The position numbers and the translations under genes are program-made. Positions 19,919-30,051 of a DNA stretch of 64,000 nucleotides are shown piece after piece. The DNA is from a virus (Duplodnaviria; Caudoviricetes): the IMG/VR virus record IMGVR_UViG_3300044655_001017. The stretch is one strand, 5' to 3'. Numbering within the stretch: position 1 is the first letter of the stretch; each line of letters starts with the position of its first letter. The notes beneath the pieces were generated by a model that saw only the letters and a list, made by a program, of their open reading frames with translations, was not told the origin of the DNA and made no database searches.

Positions 19919-22900
19919 ATGGCAAAACAAAAAATACAGGATTACGTGTTTTTACCGGGAGTATCTAGTAATAGTAATGCTTACCCAAATGCGTATTCTT
20001 TAATAAAATCAAATAGATCTTTTATATTAAAAGAAACAGTAGCATATATTAATGCTCAAATAGCAATCGATACGGCATCGAATTTATATCCAAATGCAGT
20101 AACCTTATTAACTAACAATAAACAATTTATAATTGATGAAATTGTCGCATGGATTACAAATCGTGTAACTAACAGCATCGCGCCATTTGCAGGTTATACA
20201 GTTAGTCAACCAACCTGGCGTCAAAATATTGGTTTAGTAATTGATGCATTAATATACGATATTAGATACGGTGGCAATAAAAAAACAATTGATGTCTCTA
20301 AAACGTTTTGGACGGGCGGTACTGCTCAATTACTTTCTCCTACTCAAGAAATTGCAGGATTTAATCAAATCTTTTCATTAATTATTAATAATATTTTACC
20401 TAAAGTAGCATACTCTAGTCAACAAAGTCCTGTTACCTCAACACAAAATACAACAGGAAGTGCAGGTGAATCTGCAGTTCCTACTATTATAACTAATTTA
20501 CAAGCAATTATTATTAATGTAATTCCAAATGGATTATCAGTATTGCCTGCAGTAACATATTCGACAACAGTTTATGCAGGATACATATACGACTATACAC
20601 GATGTGATCGTGATATCGGTATGGTAGTAGATGCATATTTACATGATTTGAGATATGGCGGAAATGCTAAGACACGGTATGTATCTTCAAGATTTTGGAA
20701 TGGTTCAGTTCCGCAAATCGTAGGTGACAGACGTCCTGAGATTACTGCTCAACAATTTGTTATAACATTAATTACAACTAAATTGTTACCACAAGCACCT
20801 TATACACCGTTACAAACTACTGTTTCTAGATATACTAACAATGCAATTGCATACGAATCAGTTAGTGTCACTAGAATAAATTCATTATCTTCTAGTTTTA
20901 TAAGTGTATTAACTAACGGTTTAGGAAGTTTACCAACACTAGTCAACGGTGTAACTACTATTAAACTACAAGGCAGACATAAATTAGAAACATTATTGAT
21001 GATTACTAATACTACTAGTAACCAAATTTTGTATAATTTTGTAGATCCGACACTTGGCGGTGCAGTTACTATTGATACAGGATATGTTAGTAACGATTAT
21101 TATCAAGATGACGATTTCCAATCATATAGAAACATAACCGATTATACTACTACATTAATACTCGAAGCTGATACATCAACTGCATCAATAGCTGATGATA
21201 TTCAAATATTTGTTGAAGCAAAAGAACAACGCACTCGCCCATATGATTTTGGTACAGATGCTATTGAAAGACATCGTGTTGCTCAACCACAATCAATGCT
21301 TGACGCTGACTTTGAGTACGGATTACAGCCAACAAAGTGGCAATCTTTTGGTTTATCTAGAGGATATCCGTCAGTATTTGAAGTTCCGGGTACAGATACC
21401 CCAGTAGTTACTGTAGTAACTGATGCAAGTACTGGTACTGGCGGAACAGGACAATCATTAATTACAGTTACAACTACTGCTCCTCATGGGTTTACAGTAA
21501 GTACGCCGATTACTATTAAAGCATTAGCAAACAGTATTTCTGGATTTTCAAGAGCAGAAGGTACATTTTTAATTAGTTCAGTTCCGACTACGACAACATT
21601 TACATATTATGCAGTATCAAAAGTAGGTGCAAATAACGGTGATGTGTTAGCTACTTCATATACACAACTAAGAAGAGGAAGTTTCTATACTGGAGCATCA
21701 ATCGGATCTCCGTCTTTTTCAGTACTAAGTAACGGATCCATTACAACATTTACATCTTTTTTAACTACAACAGCTGGAACTAATCAAATTACGTATACCG
21801 GAACTACTCCTAGTATCGGAGCTCCTTTATCCGGAACAGGTATGCGATCTGGTACGCAGGTAACTAGTGTAATCGGAACAGTTAATGTTGTTTCGACTAT
21901 TCAAACCAACGTTAACATTAATGACACAGAAATTAACGTAGTAGATGCATCTGGTATTTTAGAAGGAATGGCAATTGATAATGGGTCAGGTACTGCAATT
22001 TTTGTAAGCAGCGTAACCGGAACTACTGTTAATTTAAACCAACCGGTTACTACGTTTAGATTAGGAAATACTACAACTTATACAAATGTATCAGGCACCA
22101 ACATAACATTTACTGGAACAAATGCATCATTTAATGTTAGCCGAGTAGATGGTGAATATGTAGTCACTATTGCAAATGGCGGGTCAGGATATCAATCTGG
22201 AAATCGTGTTAAAGTATTAGGAACAGATTTAGGAGGAATTTCACCAATTAACGATTTAATAATAACTGCAGATATTACTAGTAACGGTGAAATTCAATCG
22301 ATTACTACTGCAGGAACAAGTGTAACTGGTGATACTTCTTATATTTTAGAAGCATCGTTTAGCAATACTCTAACAGGTGTTGATGCAGAATTTGGAATAA
22401 CATGTTCAAATTCCGGCTATACACTTAACATTGTTAATTACGGTTCGCTTTATCAGCCAGGTGAAACATTAACCTTTTTAGGTTCGTCGTTAGGCGGCAC
22501 GTCTCCAGAAAATGATCTAGTAGTAACAGTTGAAACAATTAATCCTAATAACAATGAGATTTCTACATACTCATTTGTTGGAACTCCCAGATCTAGTGAT
22601 ACGTCATTTGGTACTCAAAATAGCGTAGTAATTGACCCAATTGGCGCAAATGGAACATTTAACATCGTAAGGTCTAATTCTGCATATACTGTTACAGTTA
22701 ATGGCGGCGGAACTAATTATTATAAAGGTGATCAAATTTTAATATCAGGAACTAGCATGGGCGGAATTAGCCCAGACAACGATGCAGTATTGATAATATC
22801 AGATGTTAGCTCAAATGTTATTACCGATGCAACGATTACTGGTACCGGAGCCGCAGGCACAGCAATAACATTCTATCCAGCATTAGGGATCAGTGAACTT

Positions 22901-25567
22901 ACAACTGTTAATATACCTGGTGGTACTACTATTACTGCAGCACCGATTGCAACAATTTTAGTTACTTTTTTATCAAATCACGGATTAATACCAGGAGCCG
23001 GTGTTTCGATTGACATTACTAGTAACGGCACCAACCATGCATTAGCTAGAGGACCTTTTTACGTTGAAAAAGTTCCATCGTTAACTACCTTTGTATATAC
23101 TACTCGAGCAGCAGGAACTGTTGATATAGCAACAACCATGACAGGCGCAGTATATACTCGATCTGACAGTTTCTTTGTTCACAGACCATATGACGGCGGT
23201 GTTATGTTAGGATCAGGTGGTCCTCAGCATAGTGCGCAAGCTGTTCGTATGAGTAAAAAATATATTAGATATCAGTCAGGTAAAGGCATTAACTATTGTA
23301 CAGGTGCGTTATTTGCTCCAAGTTTTAATATACAGAGCATAGTTGCTGCTAATGTAACTATTGGATCATATATTACAATTACAATGGATGATGTTGACCA
23401 TGGATGTCAACCAGGAGGGATAATTAGAATATCAAATGTTGATACTATTGGGTTTAATGGAACTTATACTGTATCTGATGTTATATCAGAACGTGTACTA
23501 AGGGTTCAAGCTCAAACTGTGTTAACAGCAACTACTGCAGTTATTACAACTTCTGCAATTTTATCTCTTGTAAAATGGCACGGCTCAACTGTACGAGCAG
23601 GTACGTTTGATGATCAAAATGGTATTTTCTTTCAATACAATGGCCAAGAATTTGCAGTTGGCCGTAGAACTGCAACGCTTCAATTAGCAGGAGTGGCTAA
23701 TGTTACGAGAGATACTAACTTAGTAACTGGCACAAACACTAGATTTAGAGATCAAATTAAAGCAGGTGATCGAATTGTAATTAAAGGAATGACACACGTA
23801 GTAACAAGTGTAACTAGCCAAACTCGAATGACAATTAACCCGGACTATCGCGGAGCAACAAATGCAGTGCAAGCTAAAGTATGTTTAGTGCAAGATGTTA
23901 TTATACCACAAAAATATTTTAACATTGATAAATTAGACGGAACTGGGCCAAGTGGTTTTAATATTGATCTTACAAAAATGCAAATGGTCGGAATGCAATG
24001 GTCATGGTATGCAGTAGGATTTATTGATTTTATGCTACGAGGAAGTGACGGTAATTTTGTATTCTTCCATAGAATTCGTAATTCAAATGTTAATACCGAA
24101 GCATATATGCGTACTGGTAACCAAGCCGTTCGGTATGAAGTTATTAATGAGAGTGGACAAAACAAATTAGCAAATTCGATTACTGCGTCGCAAACTACTA
24201 TTCCTCTAGTTGATGCATCATCATTTCCAGATGAAGCAGGTACAGTATACATCGATAACGAATTAATCGAATTTAGTGGTAAATCTGGAAATAATTTAAT
24301 AGGGTGTACAAGAGCTGCTCCACAAATATTATTTACAGGTGGCTCACGCCGCACATTTACAGCTGGCGTTGCTAGTACACATGAATTTAATACAGGAGTA
24401 ATACTAGTTAGTAATACAGTTAGTCCAATTATTAGCCATTGGGGTTCTGCGATGATAACTGATGGTAATTTTGATACTGATAGAGGATACTTATTTAACT
24501 ATGCGTCTACTGGTATTAGCGTTTCGACTACAAAAGTTACTGCGTTCTTAATTCGATTAGCACCAAGTGTATCAAATGCTATTGTAGGAGATTTAGGAGA
24601 CCGTGAATTATTAAATCGTGCGCAACTGTTATTACAATCAATTGCAGTAACATCAGATACAAGTACCGGTGGTATCGTTGTTGAGGGAGTATTAAATCCA
24701 CAAAATTACCCAACTGATCCTGCAAACATTGCATGGGGCGGGTTATCTGGATTGTCACAGGGTGGCCAACCTAGTTTTGCACAAATTGCACCAGGCGGAT
24801 CTGCTAACTGGTCAACTGGGGCTACACAGACTACTTCAACTGCAGCTACTTCTGCACAATTAACTGCATCTGTTACTACAGTATTTAGTGTTAGCAATAA
24901 CACAAGCTTTGTATATGTTGATGCAACATCGTGGACAACATCAGGTGGTGTAGTTGGATCAGGTATATCAGAACCAGGTAATAAAATACCGGCAGGTGCT
25001 ACAATTACAAGTGCAGTTAGCGGAGGATCGTATTATGTGTTATACTTGTCTCAAAATACTACAGGTAACATCGCTAGCGGAGTTGTTTGCTCACTAACGT
25101 TAGGCGGAACATTAACTAGAACTAATTTTCTGTACTTTACAAAAGCAGTATGGGAAGGGGTAGGTGCAAGTGTTGGTCAATCACTTGCACCTACTGAAAC
25201 AACCTTTCCGGCCGGAACGCGTGTTCAGACAATTAGTAATTCGTTAACATTTGGTAGTACACAATATTATCGTATTAACTTTACACAAAATTCAAATACA
25301 AGTATTGCAGCTGCTACAACAATTGCGTTTTCTTTTGGACAACCTCCGTACGCGTTACCAGGAGAAACTGTATTTTCGTTCATTAGTGCTCCAGGATCTA
25401 CTTCTGTACTTGATTTAACTGATTTGAAAGAATTAACTAATACTACACTAGGCGGACGAGGAACATATCCAAATGGGCCTGACGTGTTAGCAATTAACGT
25501 GTACAAGGTATCCGGTACTGCAACTCCTGCTAGTATTGTATTAAGATGGGGTGAAGCGCAGGCTTAA
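19919..25567 (+). CDS. 1882-aa baseplate/tail fibre structural protein
   Basis: Shares the D.GLV.DA...D.RYGGN helical module and three F.V......Y.V....GG..Y..G......G..LGG.SP.ND modules with 1776..8192; DADFEYGLQPTKW motif. Confidence 0.7.
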   Translation: MAKQKIQDYVFLPGVSSNSNAYPNAYSLIKSNRSFILKETVAYINAQIAIDTASNLYPNAVTLLTNNKQFIIDEIVAWITNRVTNSIAPFAGYTVSQPTWRQNIGLVIDALIYDIRYGGNKKTIDVSKTFWTGGTAQLLSPTQEIAGFNQIFSLIINNILPKVAYSSQQSPVTSTQNTTGSAGESAVPTIITNLQAIIINVIPNGLSVLPAVTYSTTVYAGYIYDYTRCDRDIGMVVDAYLHDLRYGGNAKTRYVSSRFWNGSVPQIVGDRRPEITAQQFVITLITTKLLPQAPYTPLQTTVSRYTNNAIAYESVSVTRINSLSSSFISVLTNGLGSLPTLVNGVTTIKLQGRHKLETLLMITNTTSNQILYNFVDPTLGGAVTIDTGYVSNDYYQDDDFQSYRNITDYTTTLILEADTSTASIADDIQIFVEAKEQRTRPYDFGTDAIERHRVAQPQSMLDADFEYGLQPTKWQSFGLSRGYPSVFEVPGTDTPVVTVVTDASTGTGGTGQSLITVTTTAPHGFTVSTPITIKALANSISGFSRAEGTFLISSVPTTTTFTYYAVSKVGANNGDVLATSYTQLRRGSFYTGASIGSPSFSVLSNGSITTFTSFLTTTAGTNQITYTGTTPSIGAPLSGTGMRSGTQVTSVIGTVNVVSTIQTNVNINDTEINVVDASGILEGMAIDNGSGTAIFVSSVTGTTVNLNQPVTTFRLGNTTTYTNVSGTNITFTGTNASFNVSRVDGEYVVTIANGGSGYQSGNRVKVLGTDLGGISPINDLIITADITSNGEIQSITTAGTSVTGDTSYILEASFSNTLTGVDAEFGITCSNSGYTLNIVNYGSLYQPGETLTFLGSSLGGTSPENDLVVTVETINPNNNEISTYSFVGTPRSSDTSFGTQNSVVIDPIGANGTFNIVRSNSAYTVTVNGGGTNYYKGDQILISGTSMGGISPDNDAVLIISDVSSNVITDATITGTGAAGTAITFYPALGISELTTVNIPGGTTITAAPIATILVTFLSNHGLIPGAGVSIDITSNGTNHALARGPFYVEKVPSLTTFVYTTRAAGTVDIATTMTGAVYTRSDSFFVHRPYDGGVMLGSGGPQHSAQAVRMSKKYIRYQSGKGINYCTGALFAPSFNIQSIVAANVTIGSYITITMDDVDHGCQPGGIIRISNVDTIGFNGTYTVSDVISERVLRVQAQTVLTATTAVITTSAILSLVKWHGSTVRAGTFDDQNGIFFQYNGQEFAVGRRTATLQLAGVANVTRDTNLVTGTNTRFRDQIKAGDRIVIKGMTHVVTSVTSQTRMTINPDYRGATNAVQAKVCLVQDVIIPQKYFNIDKLDGTGPSGFNIDLTKMQMVGMQWSWYAVGFIDFMLRGSDGNFVFFHRIRNSNVNTEAYMRTGNQAVRYEVINESGQNKLANSITASQTTIPLVDASSFPDEAGTVYIDNELIEFSGKSGNNLIGCTRAAPQILFTGGSRRTFTAGVASTHEFNTGVILVSNTVSPIISHWGSAMITDGNFDTDRGYLFNYASTGISVSTTKVTAFLIRLAPSVSNAIVGDLGDRELLNRAQLLLQSIAVTSDTSTGGIVVEGVLNPQNYPTDPANIAWGGLSGLSQGGQPSFAQIAPGGSANWSTGATQTTSTAATSAQLTASVTTVFSVSNNTSFVYVDATSWTTSGGVVGSGISEPGNKIPAGATITSAVSGGSYYVLYLSQNTTGNIASGVVCSLTLGGTLTRTNFLYFTKAVWEGVGASVGQSLAPTETTFPAGTRVQTISNSLTFGSTQYYRINFTQNSNTSIAAATTIAFSFGQPPYALPGETVFSFISAPGSTSVLDLTDLKELTNTTLGGRGTYPNGPDVLAINVYKVSGTATPASIVLRWGEAQA

Positions 25568-25568
25568 C

Positions 25569-25576
25569 TATAAATA
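25569..25576 (+). promoter_or_regulatory. T4-type late promoter TATAAATA
   Basis: Exact consensus, intergenic. Confidence 0.7.
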
Positions 25577-25606
25577 CTTATAGTTAATCAAAACAAGGAA
25601 CAATTG

Positions 25607-27754
25607 ATGTCATTAATTCTTTCAAATTTACTAAGAACAACAATCACTGTGGTAACTCCGGTATCACTCGGGGGTACCGGAGTTACATCGATCGCTGGTT
25701 TAGTAAAAGGTAATGGTACAGCAGCATTTACTGCAGCACAAATAGGAGTAGATTTTATAGCTCCAAACGGCGCATTAGGAAATCCAATAAGTGGTGACTT
25801 GTTGTCATGTACTAATGCAATTGCATATGGATTAAAAACATCGTCGTCTACAATAAGTATCTCGACTGCAACTGCACCAACGACCGGTCAAATGCTAACT
25901 GCAACTAGCGCAACTACTGCAATCTGGCAAACTCCGACCGGTGGCACCGTTACTAACGTATCTGCATTATCTATTGGCTCTAATGGCACTGATGTGTCGT
26001 CTTCTGTCACAAATGGATCAAGCACTCCTGTTATTACGTTAAATATTCCAACCGCATCGAGTACTGTTAGAGGTGTTTTAAGTACAGCAGATTGGGTTAC
26101 TTTTAATAGCAAACTTGGTTCAGTACCGATTGCAAGTAGTACAATATTAGGGGGTGTAAAAGTTGGTAGCGGGCTAGATATTAACGGATCAGGCGTTCTC
26201 AGTACCACATATACATTACCGACGTCAAGTACCTCGGTATTAGGGGGTGTAAAAGTTGATGGTACTACTATTACAATTAATGGCAGTGGCATAATTAGCG
26301 TAAATGGAAGTTCATTACCTGCATCAACTACTTCTACCTTAGGAACTGTAATTGTTCCAGCAGTTAGCACAAGTGGAATAACTAATACTAGCGGAACTAT
26401 TAGCCTAGCAGTTGCTAGTAATACACAACTAGGTGGTGTTAAAGTTGACAATAGTACAATTACAATTAACGGTAGTGGTGTTATTAGTGTAGTGTCATCG
26501 TTTACAACTGGATTATCTATCGGAACTTCATTAACGATTCCAACAGGTGATACTGCATCAAGACCAACTGCTACTCAAGGTAATTTAAGATTTAATACGA
26601 GCCTTGGAAAATTTGAAGGTTATTATGGTAGTGCATGGGGTGCAGTTGGCGGAGGATTGAGCCCAACTGCAATACAAACTAGTAATGGATATATTGCTAA
26701 AGCAAACGATCTTGTTAGATGTAATACTACCGCAGGTGCATTTTCAATTACATTACCTAGTAATCCAGTAGACGGTGACATTGTAGGCGTAATCGATACT
26801 CACAAAATGTTTGCTGTTAATAATTTAACAATATTAGTTGCTGGTTCTAAACAAATAGAAGACGATACCGCATCACTAATACTTGATATAGCCGGTTCTT
26901 ATATAGCATTAGTTTATAACGACGTTAACAGTAATTGGAGAATATTAGAAACTCCACTCGGAACCGGTATTAGTTCTACTAGTATTATAACTACTAATGG
27001 ATATGTTGCATCAGTGAACGACCTAGTAAGATGTGATACAACAACTGCTGCATTCTCAGTAACATTGCCGTCAAATCCAATTGATGGAAGTATTGTTAAT
27101 TTTGTAGATGTAGCAAGTGCTGGATCTTTTCTTACAAATAACTTAACTGTTTTACCTGGTATTGGCAAAACAGTCGAAAATGACACATCATTATTGTTAG
27201 ATGTTAATGGAACTTATGTTTCTCTAGTATATAATCTAAGTACATCTAACTGGAAAGTATTACAAGCTCCTTACTGCTTATTAGGAAACGTAACAACATC
27301 TATTACACTAAGCGGGTTAACTAAAGGTACTGGCAATACATTAACTAACGCGGTTGCAGGTACCGATTATCAAGCTCCGATCGGCACAATTAGCGGATTA
27401 GTTAAAGGTAATGGTGCAAATGCATTAACTGCAGCTACTGCTGGTGTTGATTATATGCCAGCTGTTACATGGGTTATAAAAAATACAACATACAATCCTG
27501 CTGTAGCAGGAGATCATATTTTAGCAAATACGTCTGGCGGAACATTTACTATTACATTACCTGCCTCTCCGGCTGCTAGCAATACAATAGTCATTGCTGA
27601 TTATGCCGGTACATTTGCAACAAGTAATCTTACAATTGCATCAAATGGTAATAAAATACTAGGAACAGTCCAGGATTTAGTGCTGAATGTATCAAATAGA
27701 AACGCCACTCTAGTCTACACCGATAGCACTAGAGGTTGGATAATACTTTTTTAA
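25607..27754 (+). CDS. Modular tail fibre shaft/carrier protein
   Basis: Three LGGVKV repeats, three (C/A)(N/D)T..(G/A).F(S/T)(I/V)TLP..P modules reminiscent of T4 gp34 N-terminal repeats, and KG(N/T)G repeats. Confidence 0.7.
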   Translation: MSLILSNLLRTTITVVTPVSLGGTGVTSIAGLVKGNGTAAFTAAQIGVDFIAPNGALGNPISGDLLSCTNAIAYGLKTSSSTISISTATAPTTGQMLTATSATTAIWQTPTGGTVTNVSALSIGSNGTDVSSSVTNGSSTPVITLNIPTASSTVRGVLSTADWVTFNSKLGSVPIASSTILGGVKVGSGLDINGSGVLSTTYTLPTSSTSVLGGVKVDGTTITINGSGIISVNGSSLPASTTSTLGTVIVPAVSTSGITNTSGTISLAVASNTQLGGVKVDNSTITINGSGVISVVSSFTTGLSIGTSLTIPTGDTASRPTATQGNLRFNTSLGKFEGYYGSAWGAVGGGLSPTAIQTSNGYIAKANDLVRCNTTAGAFSITLPSNPVDGDIVGVIDTHKMFAVNNLTILVAGSKQIEDDTASLILDIAGSYIALVYNDVNSNWRILETPLGTGISSTSIITTNGYVASVNDLVRCDTTTAAFSVTLPSNPIDGSIVNFVDVASAGSFLTNNLTVLPGIGKTVENDTSLLLDVNGTYVSLVYNLSTSNWKVLQAPYCLLGNVTTSITLSGLTKGTGNTLTNAVAGTDYQAPIGTISGLVKGNGANALTAATAGVDYMPAVTWVIKNTTYNPAVAGDHILANTSGGTFTITLPASPAASNTIVIADYAGTFATSNLTIASNGNKILGTVQDLVLNVSNRNATLVYTDSTRGWIILF

Positions 27755-27767
27755 TAGGATTTAACAT

Positions 27768-28445
27768 ATGAGTTTACTAATGAGTACATTATTAGGTGCC
27801 GGCGGTGCTGGCGGCGGGTGGAATCGTTCTCAAACATTTACTAGCAGCGGTACATGGACGCGGCCATCTGTTACAGTGACTGAATGTATGGTTGTTCTGC
27901 TTGGCGGCGGAGGTGGTGGAGGTTCTGGCGGTTATGGACAAGATACTACTAAACTAACTGGCGGCGCTGGAGGCGGTGGAGGCAGTGGATATTTAACCAC
28001 TGCAATTGTTCAAATTACGTCAAATTTAACCGTATCTTTAGGCTCAGGGGGCGCAGCAGCTACTTCTGCTGGCGCAGGAGGCGCTACAGGAGGAACGTCT
28101 ACAGTTACAGGTACAGGCGTGTCTTTATCCGCTTCCGGCGGAACTGGTGGAGGATATGGTGATTTCTTTCAAGTTAATGGTAACGTATATCGTGGTTTTG
28201 GAGGACTTGGCGGCCTTGGAGGGAATAACGGAGCTACAGGCTCTAACGGGTTTATTCTAACCGCTGGACAAACAGAGTCTTTATATGTTATAGGAGGTAC
28301 TGGCGGAAGCTCACCTTTAAATAATGCTTTTGGATACGGCGGTCAAGGCGCTAGAGGGGTAAGTAACCAATCTAGTTCTAGTAATTCATTTATTAACATT
28401 ACCGCAGGTACTGGTGGGTATTGCCTTATTTTTTGGAGAGAGTAA
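27768..28445 (+). CDS. Glycine-rich tail fibre tip/adhesin-like protein
   Basis: FTSSGTWTRPS...VVLLGGGGGGG start and AGTGGYCLIFW end. Confidence 0.65.
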   Translation: MSLLMSTLLGAGGAGGGWNRSQTFTSSGTWTRPSVTVTECMVVLLGGGGGGGSGGYGQDTTKLTGGAGGGGGSGYLTTAIVQITSNLTVSLGSGGAAATSAGAGGATGGTSTVTGTGVSLSASGGTGGGYGDFFQVNGNVYRGFGGLGGLGGNNGATGSNGFILTAGQTESLYVIGGTGGSSPLNNAFGYGGQGARGVSNQSSSSNSFINITAGTGGYCLIFWRE

Positions 28446-28828
28446 TGAGATACGCAAAAATATTAAATTCAAAAGTAGAAAACACTATCGTTTTGCGTGA
28501 TGAAGATGTACATTTGATGCCTAGCGATTGGGTGCTTGTTAAATCAGATACAGCAAACATTGGTGACGAGTATCTTAACGGCGTTTTCATTCCTCCCGCA
28601 CCTGTTGTACCAGAAACGCTACCAAAACGCTTATCCTTAGACGACATCCGCAATGCACTAACACTTGCTGAAAAGATCAAATGGGACAATAACAAAACCG
28701 ATGAAATCACGACTGTAAAAGTTGAATTTTCAACTCCGTTACTTGTTGCCGATGCAGAACAATGGCTACAACTGCTAGTCGACAGTGGTTCTATTTCACA
28801 AGAGTCGATTGATAAAATTTTAGCATAA
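28445..28828 (+). CDS. Tail fibre partner/chaperone-like small protein
   Basis: TAATG coupling to the Gly-rich gene; MRYAKILNSKVENTI...ANIGDEY.NG.F.PP. Confidence 0.55.
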   Translation: MRYAKILNSKVENTIVLRDEDVHLMPSDWVLVKSDTANIGDEYLNGVFIPPAPVVPETLPKRLSLDDIRNALTLAEKIKWDNNKTDEITTVKVEFSTPLLVADAEQWLQLLVDSGSISQESIDKILA

Positions 28829-28846
28829 TATAGAAAAGGAAACTAA

Positions 28847-29743
28847 ATGGCAAAAAATCTTTCAAATATAATACGAGCAGGATCTGGAAGTAATCCATTG
28901 CCTATTACATACGGCGGTACTGGCGCAACTACACTTACAGGTGTTTTAAGAGGTAACGGAACAGGAGCAGTTACTGCTGCATCTGCCGGAACAGATTACC
29001 TAGCGCCACCGACAGGAACATCGTTATTGAAAGCAAATTTAGGTGGCGCGTTAGCGAATGCGGTTGCCGGAACGGATTATTTTGCTGCGGTTGCTCCGGG
29101 CACATCTGGTAACGTGTTAGTATCTAACGGCACTACATGGGCATCTAGTGCTCCAGCAAGTGGTGGTTTTTCTAATCTAGTTGTATTCACTTCTTCTGGA
29201 ACGTGGTCAGTCCCTGCAGGAGTTACTAAGTGTAAAGTGACTGTTACCGGCGGTGGTGCCGGTGGCGCCTCTAGTGGGAGCAGCGGTAATGGTGGTGCTA
29301 GTGGCTCCGCCGGTGGTACAGCAATTAAGGTTGTTACATTGAGCAGTGGAACAGCAACAATTACTATTGGCGCAGGCGGAGGAGGAAGCGCCGCTGGTGG
29401 AGCTAGCAGTTTTACTTACTCTACAACTACGTTAACCGGTGGAGGAGGAGCAAGCAGCGGTACTTTTGTTGCCGGTGCGGGAGGTGCAGCATCCGGCGGT
29501 GACCTAAACATTAGCGGTGGTGGTGGCACAGGAATCCTAGGATCGGGCTCCATTCAAGTTGGCGGAGGCCCAGGAGGGAACTCGATATGGGGAGGCGCAG
29601 GCGGCGGAGGAAATGCTAATCCAGGTCAAGGAACTTCTAATGGGCAAACTGCTGCGACGAATTCCGGTAGTGGCGGTGGCGGTCCGGGATCAAACGGTTC
29701 AGGCGGCTCAGGTGCTGCTGGCATTGTAGTAATTGAATATTAA
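28847..29743 (+). CDS. Short tail fibre: shaft repeats fused to Gly-rich tip domain
   Basis: LPITYGGTGA, (R/K)GNG..A..AA.AGTDY repeats, then FTSSGTWSVPAGVTKCKVTVTGGGAGG...GAAGIVVIEY. Confidence 0.7.
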   Translation: MAKNLSNIIRAGSGSNPLPITYGGTGATTLTGVLRGNGTGAVTAASAGTDYLAPPTGTSLLKANLGGALANAVAGTDYFAAVAPGTSGNVLVSNGTTWASSAPASGGFSNLVVFTSSGTWSVPAGVTKCKVTVTGGGAGGASSGSSGNGGASGSAGGTAIKVVTLSSGTATITIGAGGGGSAAGGASSFTYSTTTLTGGGGASSGTFVAGAGGAASGGDLNISGGGGTGILGSGSIQVGGGPGGNSIWGGAGGGGNANPGQGTSNGQTAATNSGSGGGGPGSNGSGGSGAAGIVVIEY

Positions 29744-29756
29744 CGGGGGTAGAGAT

Positions 29757-30005
29757 ATGGCACATTATGCAGTAATCGAAAACGGCAATGTTGTAAACAC
29801 TGTTGAAGCAGATGCAGAATATGCATTACAAAACGGATGGGTAGCGGCTGAAAAAGAAGTGTGTATTGGTTGGGTTTATTTGGATGGAAACTTTATAGAT
29901 GAAAGACCAATTGAAGCACTAATCGATGATACGCCTGTTCAACCAACTAAAGAAGAACTTATTGCACAGATTGAACTTTTAACTAAGCAAATTCAAGCAC
30001 TGTGA
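29757..30005 (+). CDS. Tail fibre partner/chaperone-like small protein
   Basis: MAHYAVIENGNVVNTV...IGWVY.DG.F, homologous to 28445; coiled-coil end. Confidence 0.55.
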   Translation: MAHYAVIENGNVVNTVEADAEYALQNGWVAAEKEVCIGWVYLDGNFIDERPIEALIDDTPVQPTKEELIAQIELLTKQIQAL

Positions 30006-30009
30006 TAGT

Positions 30010-30017
30010 TATAAATA
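30010..30017 (+). promoter_or_regulatory. T4-type late promoter TATAAATA
   Basis: Exact consensus, intergenic. Confidence 0.7.
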
Positions 30018-30051
30018 GTTTATTATTTGACTAATCATACAAGGAAACTAA

